From Octopus bimaculoides (taxonomy: Eukaryota), in NCBI RefSeq assembly GCF_001194135.2, contig NC_068987.1, positions 22,060,656 through 22,124,655 of the forward strand: 64,000 bases of DNA, read 5' to 3'. The translations under genes were made by a program, and so were the position numbers. The notes under the pieces are model-generated. The model saw only the letters and a program-made list of their open reading frames with translations, made no database searches and was not told the DNA's origin. Shown here in pieces: positions 1-11,557 of this stretch. Position 1 is the stretch's first letter, and the number at the start of each line of letters is the position of its first letter.

Positions 1-19
1 CTTTCTCATGTATATCTGT

Positions 20-61
<42 letters not shown>

Positions 62-159
62 CTCTACAACTGTCTGATATTCTTCAGCCGATAATTGGTG
101 CCATTAAAGTACATTTTAGAGATATAGTACATTATGCAGTAAATTTCACAGATACAAAA

Positions 160-470
160 AAAATCCACTGCTTTTGCCTCTGATGGTGAAACAGAGACCT
201 TTGATATAATTGCAGGAATTCTTCAATGTGATACTGTAGTGCATTTCCTTTTTGGCAATGTCTTTGTATATCAGTGGATACAGTTAATAGTAAAGATTTT
301 TTACTCAGAAACGACGCTTATGCCGAGGATTCATGAAACCAATACAGATTTCACAGACAATCATGCCCTACTTCCTTATTCCTTATGGAAGCACAAGATC
401 TAACAATGTCCTTCATGGCATGGCATCAGCAAATTGAGTAGGGTTTTAGCTAAATGACCTATAAACAGAA
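160..470 (+). pseudogene. Decayed RTE-type LINE reverse transcriptase fragment
   Basis: Frame from 179 reads SDGETETFDIIAGILQCDTVVHFLF, resembling the SPDGET-FDI-AGVLQGDTLAP-LF motif of RTE-type RTs; later acagatttcacagacaatcatgccctactt gives TDFTDNHALL (YADD-region-like); frameshifted. Confidence 0.7.
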
Positions 471-619
471 AGCATTCATCTTTGTTGTGAGAAAAAGGCA
501 CAGTTGCATATTAAAGCCCTAAGTCAGTCACAGGCAAACAGGACCCATGGGAGTTTCTGAATGGCACACCTAATGGAACATTACCTTGACTTTTTGTAGT
601 AGTTCAACCTGCTTCTCCA

Positions 620-930
620 AAAAATGTTGCCCATATTTGCCTTTAAGTCATAATATTCTAAATGGCATGGATAATTTTATAAATACCTATGTTCATATGC
701 AATGGGCAGAGAAAAGGATTGTCTCACTTGGAAAGGAATGGTATGGTCAGCTCCCAACAAATCGATACGAAGGACATACTTTTATATAGGGTGACCCTGC
801 TAAATTTCAAAACAAGACTAGCAAATCATTTAAATTCATTTAGAGGTAGAAATAAAAAGAACGACATGAGCTTAAGCAGACTAATCTGGTCCCTTAAAGA
901 TAGGAACCATAACGTTACCTCAGAGTGAGA
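620..930 (+). pseudogene. Penelope-like element GIY-YIG endonuclease remnant
   Basis: TYFYIG (about 776-792), then after a frameshift NFKTRLANHLNSFRGRNKKNDMSLSRLIWSLKD, matching the PLE pattern YIG-T-FK-R-NH-SSFR...LSK-IW-LK. Confidence 0.75.
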
Positions 931-1295
931 GTTAATTAGTATGGCTAAACCATATAGAGGAGTAAGTAAATGTGAGTTATGTATAGAAGAAATATACTTT
1001 TTATTTTGTAGAGTATATGTTTATTAAATTTTACAAGGAAAATGATGGCAATAACTTCTGAGTGTCACAGTTTAATGAAGGCAATCCAGCCAAAACATAG
1101 AAGTCACTGTCAACCTTATGTTTGTAAAAATTAATGTGTGCGCACACACACACACTGAAACATGGTGCCTGGCAATTTTACAGAAATGGAATGTGGTAAA
1201 CACTGAGGTTCTTCCCTGTTCCAATAGTATTACTGATGTAATTTTTGTCTGGTCTCAACCAATTCTGTCACCCACTGCTCTTTTTGATATTAATA

Positions 1296-1472
1296 TCATG
1301 CACCCAGTATACCCTGTAAAGTGGTTGACAATAGGAAGGGCATCCAGCTGTAGAAACCAAGTCAAATGACACATGTAAGCACCAGTCTAAGGAGCAGTAG
1401 CTTCCAATTACAGCTGACACAAACTGTGATGACCTGTCCAACCCATGCCAGCAAGACAGGCAGACATATGAT
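1296..1472 (+). mobile_element. RTE 3'-tail repeat (family C), degenerate
   Basis: gtaaagtggttgacaataggaagggcatccagctgtagaaacc...ccaacccatgccagc; same module as the RTE 3' UTR at 9524-9760. Confidence 0.7.
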
Positions 1473-1828
1473 GAATGTGCTTTCTAAATTTAGGAAGGAA
1501 TAACACATTCTGAAGGAACGAATATTTGATTAAATCGTATCCTCCATCTTTGTTATCCCTATCTGCCACCCGCATGATGATATCAATAGGGAGTGTAATA
1601 TCTCTGTGTCATATTGCAGCCATTTATGTTGAACATGTGATATTTCAAATAGTAAGGGTCAGTATTATCCATTCATTTTATCTCTGCCACCATTTTAATC
1701 TCTTTTTCACTTCCACTCTGCTCACTCTCATCCTATTATTTTCTGGCCCCTTCTTTCACATGTTTAAATCCTTCTTCTCCTAGCATAAATCTACTGTAGC
1801 CCCAGTCACTGAAAAGGGATGTTAATTT

Positions 1829-2051
1829 TGCATACTGCATGGCAACCTCATTAGTGTTGGTGCCATACAGAAAGTAGCAACATGCACTAGTACTTGCTGT
1901 AAAGTGGCTGGCATCAGCAAGGGCAATCTAGGCATAGAAACCATGCCAAAGCAGACATTGGTGTACAGCGCTATCTTCAGACCCATCAGATCCTGTTAAA
2001 CTGTCCAACCCATGCCAGCATGGAACATGGACATGAAATAATGCTGATGAT
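1829..2051 (+). mobile_element. RTE 3'-tail repeat (family C)
   Basis: gtaaagtggctggcatcagcaagggcaatc...ccaacccatgccagcatggaacatggac...gatgat tail. Confidence 0.7.
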
Positions 2052-2288
2052 TTACTCTCTAAATGCCGATGTAGCTAGGAAACGTGTCTTATTACTTGTT
2101 ATTTAAATTTGCTTTGCAATCTTCGATTATTGACAATCATATTCATGTAGGATTATCTCATGGGATTTAATTGTAGCAATAAATCGATCTGTGTATCAGC
2201 ATTCTTTTTTCTTTTTCTTTTTTGTTAGTTGTCTTTTGTTTTGTTTTTTGTTTTTCTTCTCTCTCCCCATTATCTTCTTTTTCTATAG

Positions 2289-2366
2289 GTTGTTTGTGTG
2301 TTGTGGTTTTCCAGTATTGTAGTTTTGAACTTTGTAATAAATTATCTGGCTACAAGATGTCAACAG
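2289..2366 (+). other. Candidate plus-strand exon with ATG (M-S-T, phase 1)
   Basis: Long pyrimidine tract ending ttctatag at 2288; caagATGt at 2357; weak donor cag|gttaag at 2367. Confidence 0.2.
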
Positions 2367-2475
2367 GTTAAGTATTAAAGCATTAGATTTCTGATCAGGG
2401 GAAAATCCTCTCTGATAATCGAACTTTATCTCTGATATTTATACAAGTTTGTCTATAATACTTGAATGTATTATA

Positions 2476-2808
2476 CATGTGGTTAACGAGCTCACTTTGC
2501 AATCTTGTGGTTTTGGGTTCAGTCCTACTCTGCTGCATTTCTGTCAAATGTCTTCAACTATTACACCAGGCTGACCAGTGCTTTTGTGAGTGAAGTTGGT
2601 CGATGGAAACTCTGTGAAAGCTTGTCATATGTGTGTGTGTGTGTGTGTGTATGGTTGTGTTTGCCCTCCCCCATCCACTTGACAACTGGTATTGGTTTGT
2701 TTATATCCCTGTAACTTAGTGGTTCAGCAAAGGTGACTAAACACTTCAAGCTGATGCCCCAGCATGGCCACAGTCCAACAACTGAACAAGTAGAAGATAA
2801 AAGATAAT
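2476..2808 (+). mobile_element. SINE family B (tRNA head, internal microsatellite), old copy
   Basis: gggttcagtcc B-box-like motif, gaaact...(TG)n...cttgacaactggt...ccagcatggccacagtc...aaaagataa tail. Confidence 0.75.
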
Positions 2809-2923
2809 GTGACCACTCATTTATCCCTGCTATAGCAAGAAACGCGTTCTGTTCTGGCTGCTCCTTCTCTCATACTTTAACCCCTCATCTCCTTGCATGC
2901 CCCTTCCTTGGGGGTGAACAGCC

Positions 2924-3490
2924 TTACAAGCTGCTTGGTGACCTCACTAGTGCTGGTGGCATGAAAACAACACTCAGTATGCACTGTAAAGTGTTAGGGA
3001 GGGCATCAGGTTGTGGAAGCCATTCCAAGATAGACAGTGGAGCACGATGCAATCTTTGGATCTGTTTGGATCCTGTCAAATCATTCAACGCATGCCAATA
3101 TGGTGGCACTCCGTCGGTTACGACGTCGAGGGTTCCAGTTGATCCGATCAACGGAACAGCCTGCTCGTGAAATTAACATGCAAGTGGCTGAGCACTCCAC
3201 AGACACGTGTACCCTTAATGACACAGTGTGACAAGGCTGGCCCTTTGAATTACAGGCGCAACAGAATCAGGAAGTAAGAGTGAGAGAAAGTTGTGGTGAA
3301 AGAGTACAGCAGGGTTCGCCACCATCCCCTGCTGGAGCCTCGTGGAGCTTTAGGTGTTTTCGCTCAATAAACACTCACAACGCCCGGTCTGGGAATCGAA
3401 ACCGCGATCCTATGACCGTGAGTCCGCTGCCCTAACCACTGGGCCATTGCACCTCCTATGCCAATATGGAACAAGGATGTTAAATGCTGA
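2924..3490 (+). mobile_element. Family C RTE-tail copy interrupted by SINE A
   Basis: C module resumes after the insertion (atgccaatatggaacaaggatgttaaatg). Confidence 0.7.
3104..3457 (-). mobile_element. SINE family A (tRNA-derived) with 12-bp TSD
   Basis: Reverse complement starts ggaggtgcaatggcccagtggttagggcagcggac (A box) ... ggtttcgattccc (B box); TSD atgccaatatgg at 3092-3103 and 3458-3469; about 24-bp internal deletion near 3228. Confidence 0.92.
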
Positions 3491-3497
3491 CAAGAGA

Positions 3498-3645
3498 GGC
3501 TTCAAGCTTCTGTCTACCAAACCCGCTCACAAGGCTGTAGTAGAGCTGAGTCTGTAGTTGAAGATATCTGCCCAGTGTGCTGTACAGTGAGGCTGAACCC
3601 AAAACCTTGTTGTTGGGAAGCAAAGTTGTTAACAACATAGCCATG
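3498..3645 (-). mobile_element. SINE B/H 5' part
   Basis: Reverse complement of the tRNA head and body up to gaaactgaaagaagcc, degenerate. Confidence 0.65.
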
Positions 3646-4163
3646 TAGTTCTAGGTGCAGTGTGTGCAATAACAAGTATGAAGACATTGGGATAATGTAG
3701 TCTTATGTACACTGTTATCATCATAATCATCTTAATGTTTGCTTTTCTTGCCCTTCCCATCACACCTCTCAGCACTTCACATAAAGTGACCAATCTATTA
3801 TGTTTCCTCCCATTCAATAGAGGGGTGCTTCAGCTTTGCAAGTTGCTGGTGACCTTTGAGCTACGTCTTCATCTTGGGGAAGAGATGGAAGTCTGCAGGT
3901 ACTAAATCTGGCGAATAGGGTGGGTGCTGAAGTAATACCATGTTTTTGGCGAGAAAGTCACGGGTGCTTTGTTGTCACGAAGAATCCAACCCTTTGTGCT
4001 CCACAGATCTGCTCGCTTTCATCGAATGCCCCCTCTCAGATGCTTCAAAACATCACAGTAGAACTCTGAGTTGATGGTCTGGCCCTGGGGGATGAATTCT
4101 CAATGCACAATACTATGGATGTTCAAAAATAAAATGATGAGCATGCTCTTGATTGAGCTGCCG

Positions 4164-4400
4164 TTCTTATTTCTTTATTGCCCACAAGGGGCTAAACATA
4201 GAGGGAATAAACAAGGACAGACGAATGGATTAAGTCGATTACATTGACCCCAGTGCGTAACTGGTACTTCATTTATCGGCCCTTAAAGTATGAAAGGCCA
4301 AATCGACCTCGGCGGAATTTGAACTCAGAACATAACGGCAGACGAAATACCACTAAGCATTTCGAGAGGCGTGCTAACAATTCTGCCAGCTCGCCGCCTT
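4164..4400 (-). mobile_element. SINE family E inserted in mariner
   Basis: Reverse complement ggcggcgagctggcagaattg...gagttcaaattccgccgaggtcg...aaagaaataagaa; agctgc repeated at 4156-4161 and 4402-4407 (possible TSD). Confidence 0.85.
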
Positions 4401-4575
4401 CAGCTGCAGTTCTGTGGTGCTGCTTTTGAAGTGTCTGTGCCACTTGAAACATTGCGTACAACCCATTGCTTCGTTGCCGTAAGCTTGCTCAATGTCTTTG
4501 TAGCAGACATCCTAAGATTAACACAAAATTTCTCCCAACTTCCTGTTCATGACAAAAACGAGACTACAGCACACA

Positions 4576-4989
4576 CTTTTACTCTTTTACTCTTTTACTT
4601 GTTTCAGTCATTTGACTGCTGCCATGCTGGAGCACCGCCTTTTAGTTGAGCAAATCGACCCCAGGACTTATTCTTTGGAAGCCCTGTACTTATTCTATCA
4701 GTCTCTTTTGTCGAACCGCTAAGTTACGGGGATGTAAACACACCACCATCGGTTGTCAAGCGATGCTGGGGGGAAGAACACAGACGCACAAACATATACA
4801 CACACACACATACATGTATATATATACATATATACGACGGGCTTCTTTCAGTTTCCTTCTACCAAATCCACTCACAAGGCTTTGGTCGGCCCGAGACTAT
4901 AGTAGAAGACACTTGCCCAAGGTGCTATGCAGTGGGACTGAACCCGGAACCATGTGGTTGGTAAGCAAGCTACTTACCACACAGCCACT
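4576..4989 (-). mobile_element. Full-length SINE family B inserted in mariner
   Basis: tggctgtgtggtaag head, internal (TA)/(TG) tract, (aaaagagt)n tail. Confidence 0.9.
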
Positions 4990-5159
4990 CCTTGATCATA
5001 CAAACACAAATTTCACAACTTGCAAGGTAAGCACAGTGATGTCATTTGGTACATTTGCCCTGATGAAGGTCACTGCTAGCCCTCACTGCGCATGCAACCA
5101 TGTGCTGTTGGCATGCTACAGATCTAGCCTGGGAAGTTTTTGCTACCACCTCGTATACT

Positions 5160-5475
5160 GTGTATTGACAAATAGAGGCAGAAACTGAAAGAAGCCTGCT
5201 GAATATATTTGTGCATGTGTGTTTGTTTGTGTCTCTTGTCTTGATATGATGTGATAATTGTAAGTGAATGTCATCCTCCTAATGAGCTATGTTGTTTATT
5301 TGTAATCTTCTGTGAAAACATGCCTAACTATGTGAAAGTCTTCTCATGTCTGGAAACGTGTAAGGGTTAGTAACTGGAAGAGCATCTGGACATAGAAAAA
5401 TCTGTCTCAACGAACCGTGTTTGTTGTACCATGCAAAACATGGAAAAGCAGACATTAAAACATTGTTGATGATGT
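5160..5475 (+). mobile_element. SINE family H (B-type body plus RTE tail), 5'-truncated
   Basis: gaaactgaaagaagcc...aaaacatgcc...ggaagagcatctgg...catggaaaagcagacattaaaa...gatgatg. Confidence 0.7.
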
Positions 5476-5839
5476 ATTTCATATATATGTATACACACAC
5501 ACACACAGACAAACATGTCTCTCTCTATCTCTCTCTCTCTGTCCCTGGACTAATCTGTTCAGTGCATCTACTGCTTGATTATAAAGGCTAAGATAATTAG
5601 GTTTATCTGCATTCTGTTTAATTCTGCACATCCTGATCATCATTGTTGTTGTTATGCTACTTATAAATTATAATTATAGTTGTTGTTATTGGTGTTTATA
5701 ATGTTGTCATTACGGCTGCTTATGTTGTTTTTGTTTCTTCAATAGTAATAATAATAATAATGTTGTTGTTGTTACTGCTGCTTATTCTGTTGCTGTTGTT
5801 ACTCCCCATATTATCAGCATGATTGTCATAGCATTTGGA

Positions 5840-6045
5840 TAGGTTGCTCTGCAGTAACCAATCTGGTTCCCTGCATCCTGAGTTCAAATCCTGCCGAGGT
5901 TAACTTTGCCTTCCTTCTGACTGGGGTTGATAAAAAAAAAAAAAAAAAATAAGGTACCAGTTAAATACTGGTTGAGGTTATTTGGTGGGTGTCTGTAGTT
6001 GGTCGGTTAATGTAGCTTCCCCTGAAAATTTTTTGGCAGCATTGT
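5840..6045 (+). mobile_element. SINE family E, degenerate
   Basis: gagttcaaatcctgccgaggttaactttgccttc...aaggtaccagttaaatactgg. Confidence 0.65.
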
Positions 6046-6102
6046 ATTAAGCTCCCTAATTATTTTAGATATAATACTCATCGAAACACTTCTGCTCTAT
6101 CT

Positions 6103-6653
6103 NNNNNNNNNNNNNNNNNNNNNNNNNNNNNNNNNNNNNNNNNNNNNNNNNNNNNNNNNNNNNNNNNNNNNNNNNNNNNNNNNNNNNNNNNNNNNNNNNN
6201 NNNNNNNNNNNNNNNNNNNNNNNNNNNNNNNNNNNNNNNNNNNNNNNNNNNNNNNNNNNNNNNNNNNNNNNNNNNNNNNNNNNNNNNNNNNNNNNNNNNN
6301 NNNNNNNNNNNNNNNNNNNNNNNNNNNNNNNNNNNNNNNNNNNNNNNNNNNNNNNNNNNNNNNNNNNNNNNNNNNNNNNNNNNNNNNNNNNNNNNNNNNN
6401 NNNNNNNNNNNNNNNNNNNNNNNNNNNNNNNNNNNNNNNNNNNNNNNNNNNNNNNNNNNNNNNNNNNNNNNNNNNNNNNNNNNNNNNNNNNNNNNNNNNN
6501 NNNNNNNNNNNNNNNNNNNNNNNNNNNNNNNNNNNNNNNNNNNNNNNNNNNNNNNNNNNNNNNNNNNNNNNNNNNNNNNNNNNNNNNNNNNNNNNNNNNN
6601 NNNNNNNNNNNNNNNNNNNNNNNNNNNNNNNNNNNNNNNNNNNNNNNNNNNNN
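6103..6653. other. Assembly gap (N run), first of 12
   Basis: Other gaps: 15476-15575, 20048-20608, 29206-29520, 30819-31096, 31846-31963, 44433-44748, 49405-49623, 50886-51128, 54424-55226, 56451-56898, 57738-58697; most abut microsatellites. Confidence 1.
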
Positions 6654-7555
6654 TGTCTCTCTCTCTGTGTCTCTCTCTCTGTGTCTCTCTCTGTCTCTGT
6701 CTCTCTCTGTCTCTCTCTGTCTGTCTCTCTCTGTCTGTCTGTCTCTCTCTTTCTTTCTGTCTGTCTCTCTCTCTCTCTGTTTCTTTCTCCCCCCTCTCAT
6801 TTCTCTTCTCCTTTCCATCATCATCATCATCACTTATTCCTCCTACTCTTCACTTTTTTTCTCCATTTCATTTTCCCCTTTCTCTCTCTTCTTACTCCTC
6901 CCCATAAATTTCTCCTTCTTTTCCTCATGCAGTGTTTCAAGAGAAGCTTTTGCCCCCTCCCCCTCCCTAACACCATTTTCTTCTCCACTTCAGACACCTC
7001 TCTATCCACTCCCTTCCCTTACCCCTCTCTCTTTCTTATCATCTCTATATTTCTTTTACTCTCACCTCTCATTTCTCCTCCACTCTTTCTTCCTCTCACT
7101 TCTCCCAACTTCCTTTTTCTCTCTCTCTCACTTTATTCTTTCCTTTCTCCTCCTCTTACATCTCTCCCTTCTATCAATTCTCTATCAGTCCCCTGTGTGT
7201 GTGTGTGTGTGTGTGTCTGTGTCTCTTATCAGTTCTCCCTTTCTCTCTCAATCATCTTTCTTCTACTCTTACCGTTACCATTCCTCCCCTCTACACTCTC
7301 TCTCTCTCTCTCCTCCCTGCAGCTGTTTCAAATCTTCCTTTTCTTCTACTCTTACCTTTACTCTCTCCTTATTTCTTCTACTCTCACCTCTCTCTCTCAC
7401 TGCCTCCAGCTCTTTTAAACCTTTCTCTCTCTCTCTCTTCTACTCTTACCTTCTCTATTTCCACCCCCACCTTTTGTCTATCTCTCTATTGGTCTTATCC
7501 TACTTATTTCTTTCTCTTCTTTTTCTCCTCCTTACTCTCCGACTCTCCTGTCTTT
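6654..7555. repeat. CT-rich low-complexity tract
   Basis: (CT)n/(CTGT)n mosaic; source of spurious Ser/Leu ORFs. Confidence 0.95.
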
Positions 7556-7704
7556 AACACACAGAAGATCAATCATATATATATCTAATTGATTAGTTGT
7601 AATCCTAAACGTCTGGAACATTGTCTTTAACAAGGCCATTGATCACCATTATTGAATTTCCCCACACTGATTGGTTCTCTGTCACATGCTTAGAAATAGG
7701 GGAG

Positions 7705-8160
7705 ACATCCTTGCATAACTGATCATTGCACATCAGTTTTATAAAGGGTTTGGTATAGTTGCATATCCTACCCCTGCACCTACAAGGGGAAGGGTGTAGA
7801 TGATATAACTGAACCATGCACACTGGATTTATAAGTGGGGGAGTCTTGTTGACATAACTGACATTTGCTCTTATTTGATTTATAAAGGTAGAGGTATGAT
7901 TGCATGACTAACTCTTGCATCCTAGATTTAAAATGAAGGTATGATTATGCAACTTCCCCCTGCACACCAAATTTATAAGAGGCGGAGCATAGTTGACATA
8001 ACTAACCCTTGCATAAATTTTAAAGGAAGGGGTGTAATTTTAACATCTGCACTCCAGATTTATAAGAGAAGGATTTGGTTGATATAACTGACCTCCTATG
8101 CATCATTTAAAAGGGAAAAACTATTGTTGCATATCTGACTCCTGTATGCCAGATATTGCA
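7705..8160 (+). repeat. Degenerate about 45-bp minisatellite (about 10 units)
   Basis: tttataa(a/g)g-type motif recurs near 7738, 7783, 7828, 7879, 7926, 7972, 8018, 8059, 8106; ataactga at 7715, 7805, 7854, 8084. Confidence 0.75.
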
Positions 8161-8879
8161 TAAAAGTTGTAAATTAGCATCACTGTCTTAGAAGCAATGA
8201 CCTTCATTTCTAATCTTCTACGAAAACATTATCTCACCATGGGAGAAATATTAAACTTACTCAGAAACAGGTAAGGGTTAATGACAGGAAGTGCATCCAG
8301 CCATAGACATTCTCCCTCAGTGAATTCTGTTTGATACATGTGAGCAAAGAAAAGTGGGCATTAAATCGATGGATAACATTTATCCTAACTTAATTGTGGA
8401 TGATCTGTTAGAATAAATTATACTGTGGTAGATACTATGAGAGAAACTCTCATACTGGCTTTTGGTGAAAAATGCACTCTTGTTTACATTGCCAGCAAGG
8501 AGATAGATCCCCACCACTTCCAGCACCAAAACTATGAGATCACATGATTTTGACCTTCTTTGGTCTTATCAATGATGGATGTTTGACCACTGGAGATAAC
8601 AGTGACTCATCTTCCTGCCAGTGAAATATAGAAAAATAGTGCCAGAACAGACACTGGTGTCACGTATTAATACCATAAAGTAACGTCCTCACTTAAATGT
8701 GGATGTTCTGTTAGAACAAACTGTGCTGCAGTAAATACCATGATCGATGATGATGATGATGATAATGATGGTTGCTATGATTTCAGAGCAACCACTTCTA
8801 CTAATTAAATTGCCTGGTTAAGAGCTTTTGAGTGAATTTCTTTCTTGAAACCTTTTGAATGAATTTATTTCATGTAAGC

Positions 8880-9230
8880 CCTTACTGCTAGCCACGTACA
8901 AAGACTTCTTTCTCTGCCAGCTTGCTTGTAACCCTGCAATATCTCTTATGCACCCATACCTTAAACTGGGCACACTGTATCGAATTCCTACCTTCTCCTT
9001 TTATGCAGACTAAGCATGACCATTTCTCAAGTAGAAGTAGAGTCCTGTCTTCTAACCTTCTAACTCAAATTTTTGTCTTTGCTAGATTAACTTTAACCTT
9101 TAGCACACTGCATTTTCTCTAGAATTGTTTCCCCTGCCTCTGCCCTTGTTACTACAGGGGAGAAAACTCGTACGGTGACATGATGTGCCTACTGTGTGCT
9201 TCAGGTTAAGGTCTCTTGATTCAAGGCTTT
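8880..9230 (-). pseudogene. Decayed RTE LINE ORF2 fragment (RT end plus Cys-rich insert)
   Basis: Minus strand reads VCIKGEGRNSIQCAQFKVWVHKRYCRVTSKLAEKEVFV (cf. CRKGVGRNSI-CT-CK-W-HKRCS of RTE elements), preceded by a KVNLAKTK-like segment. Confidence 0.7.
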
Positions 9231-9349
9231 GGTTCTGTTTAAAATTTCTTTTCGAAATGTTTGGCAAATTAAGGTCAGCTTAAAGAAAAATATTATAGGC
9301 ATACAGAAGTTCCTATAGGCAGTTGGGCTTAACCATTTTGTTTTCATAT

Positions 9350-9505
9350 TTCTTTTGCAAGACATTGTTCTTGCTTCAATTAATTTTGAAATTAATGAAT
9401 TTAGTAAAATAACTTTGTCGTCTTTATTATTAAGCTGGTGTTTGGAACATAGATAACATAGAATTTTGTTGGAAGGTTTAAATTTAAATCACTTCAAAGC
9501 AGGAA
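9350..9505 (+). mobile_element. AT-rich non-autonomous repeat fragment
   Basis: aattaattttgaaa...gaatttagtaaaataactttgtc...ttaagctggtgtttggaaca also seen at 38105-38340 and about 42250-42350. Confidence 0.6.
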
Positions 9506-9523
9506 TTTTATGTCTGTCTCTCT

Positions 9524-9973
9524 GTCATCATCATCATTTAACGTCTGTTTTCCATGCTGGCATGAGTTGGACAGTTCAACAAGAGCTGGCGAGCTGAAGA
9601 GCTGCCCAGGCTCCGTGTCTGTTTTGACATGGTCTCTATGGCTGGATGCCCTTCCGAATGCCAACCACTCTACAGAGTGTTCTGGGTGCCTTTTACATGG
9701 CACCAGCACCTACGAGCCTGCAAAATTAGGAATGCTCAGCTGGAGAGGGATGCAGGGGACAAGCCTGTATGCAAAGACAACCATGTTTTTACTTAGCTTA
9801 ACGTGTCTTCTCAAGCACCGCAAACCACTAGGAGTCTCAGTCCTCTGTCATCCTCTGAGTCCCAACATCTGTAGATTCTTTCTCATCACCTCATCCCATG
9901 TCTTCCTGGGTCTACCCTTTCCACGTTTTCCCTCTACAAATAGAGACCAGCACCTCTTGATGCAACTGTCTTC
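9524..9973 (-). mobile_element. 5'-truncated RTE LINE: ORF2 C-terminus plus 3' UTR
   Basis: EDSCIKRCWSLFVEGKRGKGRPRKTWDEVMRKNLQMLGL (RTE C-terminal G-R-RGRP-K-W motif), followed by the family C module and a (GAT)n tail. Confidence 0.85.
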
Positions 9974-10016
<43 letters not shown>

Positions 10017-10027
10017 CATGTATGAGT

Positions 10028-10417
10028 TGTTGTTGTTGTTGGCACTCCGTCGCTTACGATGTCGAGGGTTCCAGTCGATCCGATCAATGGAACAGCCTGC
10101 TCGTGAAATTAACGTGTAAGTGGCTGAGCACTCCACAGACACGTGTACCCTTAACGTAGTTCTCGGGGATATTCAGCGTGACACAGTGTGACAAGGCTGA
10201 CCCTTTGAAATACAGGTATGACAGAAACAGGAAGTAAGAGTGAGAGAAAGTTGTGGTGGAAGAGTACAGCAGGGTTCGCCACCATCCCCTGCCGGAGCCT
10301 CGTGGAGCTTTAGGTGTTTTTGCTCAATAAACACTCACAACGCTCGGTCCGGGAATTGAAACCGCGATCCTATGATCGCGAGTCTGCTGCCCTAACCACT
10401 GGGCCATTGCGCCTCCA
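10028..10417 (-). mobile_element. Full-length SINE family A with TSD
   Basis: (CAA)n tail; catgtatgagt at 10017-10027 and 10418-10428. Confidence 0.93.
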
Positions 10418-10437
10418 CATGTATGAGTGTATGTATA

Positions 10438-10849
10438 CAGTAATCCCTCACCATATCGCAGTTCACCTATCGCGTACTCAGTACATCACAGATTTTTTGG
10501 GCTAATTTTCTTTTATATTCTTGTATTTGTTTCAGTCAAACACACACACACACACACACACATGAGGGGCTTCTTTCAGTTTCTGTCTACCAAATCCACT
10601 CACAAGGATTTGGTCGGCCTGAGGCTGTAGTAGAAGACACTTGCCCAAGGTGCCATGCAATGGGATTGAACCTGGAACCATGTGGTTGGTAAGCAAGCTA
10701 CCTACTACACAGCCAATGTAAATTCATATCACAGACTCCGCAGTATATCTGGGTTTCTGTGGCCGATATGTATTTATATGTTTTTAGATTTCAATTATTT
10801 CTGTGGGAGGTTTTGGAACATAGCACCAACGATAGTTGAGGGATTACTG
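10438..10849. mobile_element. Tigger/pogo-like MITE with nested SINE B
   Basis: TIR cagtaatccctc (10438-10449) / gagggattactg (10838-10849), TA on both sides; deleted minus-strand SINE B at about 10511-10714. Confidence 0.85.
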
Positions 10850-11543
10850 TATGTATGTATGTATGTATGTATGTATGTATGTATGTATGAGTGCAAGTAT
10901 ATATGCATATGTACCCCAAATTTACTCATTAGGCTTTTTAATTGACTTGAGGTTATATTGGGAGACACTTATTTAAGATGCTGTATTTTGGGACTGAACC
11001 GGGAACAGTATGGTTGGAAAGTGAACTTCTTAACCACACAGCCATGCCTGCACCTATTTTCGGTAATGAGATGCCTTCTACAAGCTCCTTTTACCCCACC
11101 TCCCTCTGTATATAGGACAATGTAAATATTTCTGATGAGCTGGTAATGACATGTGAAACTGATTTGTTCTTTATTCTGTTCTGCAGAGAGACAGAAGGTT
11201 CAGTCACTATGGTTCAATCATAAGGTGGTTTTTTCCCCCTTTTTTTTCTTAAATATTTGTACTGCATGTCCAAATATCTGTTGCAACATTCAAAGCAAGT
11301 CTAGAGTTTTCAAATAATCAGACCATTTTTCCTTTGTTACTTCCTTCTGCAGTAAGTCCTGTGTCAAGGTCTTTTGTTCCCTCCCTCCTCTGCCACTATT
11401 CTTGGTGGCACAGCAGAGAGTTCGTGGGGGCAGGGGTGGAGCTGGGTTTGCCCTGCCATCTTGGTGAAACCATAAGAAAAAAGAAAAAGGTCACATCGTT
11501 TTCTTAACAATGCTCGGTGCAGAGTTAAAGGAAGTGTCATCGA

Positions 11544-11557
11544 GTTACCATGGTTAC
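11544..11557. promoter_or_regulatory. RFX X-box-like motif (one mismatch)
   Basis: GTTACCATGGTTAC versus GTTNCCATGGNAAC; followed by CAGATG E-box; second 13-bp X-box-like GTTGTTTGGCAAC at 11693-11705. Confidence 0.35.

Larger units (their letters stand above)
3820..5153 (-). mobile_element. Internally deleted mariner transposon split by two SINEs
   Basis: 5' TIR cgaggtggtagcaaaaacttccc with TA at 5154-5155; N-terminal QAYGNEAMGCTQCFKWHRHFKS (about 4420-4490); catalytic part KSMLII...EFIPQGQTINSEFYCDVLKHL...HPPYSPDLVPADFHLFPKMK (about 3860-4150). Confidence 0.88.

Noticed and set aside
3400-3457. tRNA-like A/B-box sequences (also about 10360-10417, 14174-14235, 25775-25850)
   Set aside because: They are SINE heads followed by a constant body and tail; no complete cloverleaf is evident.
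8959-9008. Apparent minus-strand exon with aag|gtatgg donor
   Set aside because: The peptide (CIKGEGRNSIQCAQFK) continues in frame as an RTE Cys-rich motif, so it is a LINE remnant.
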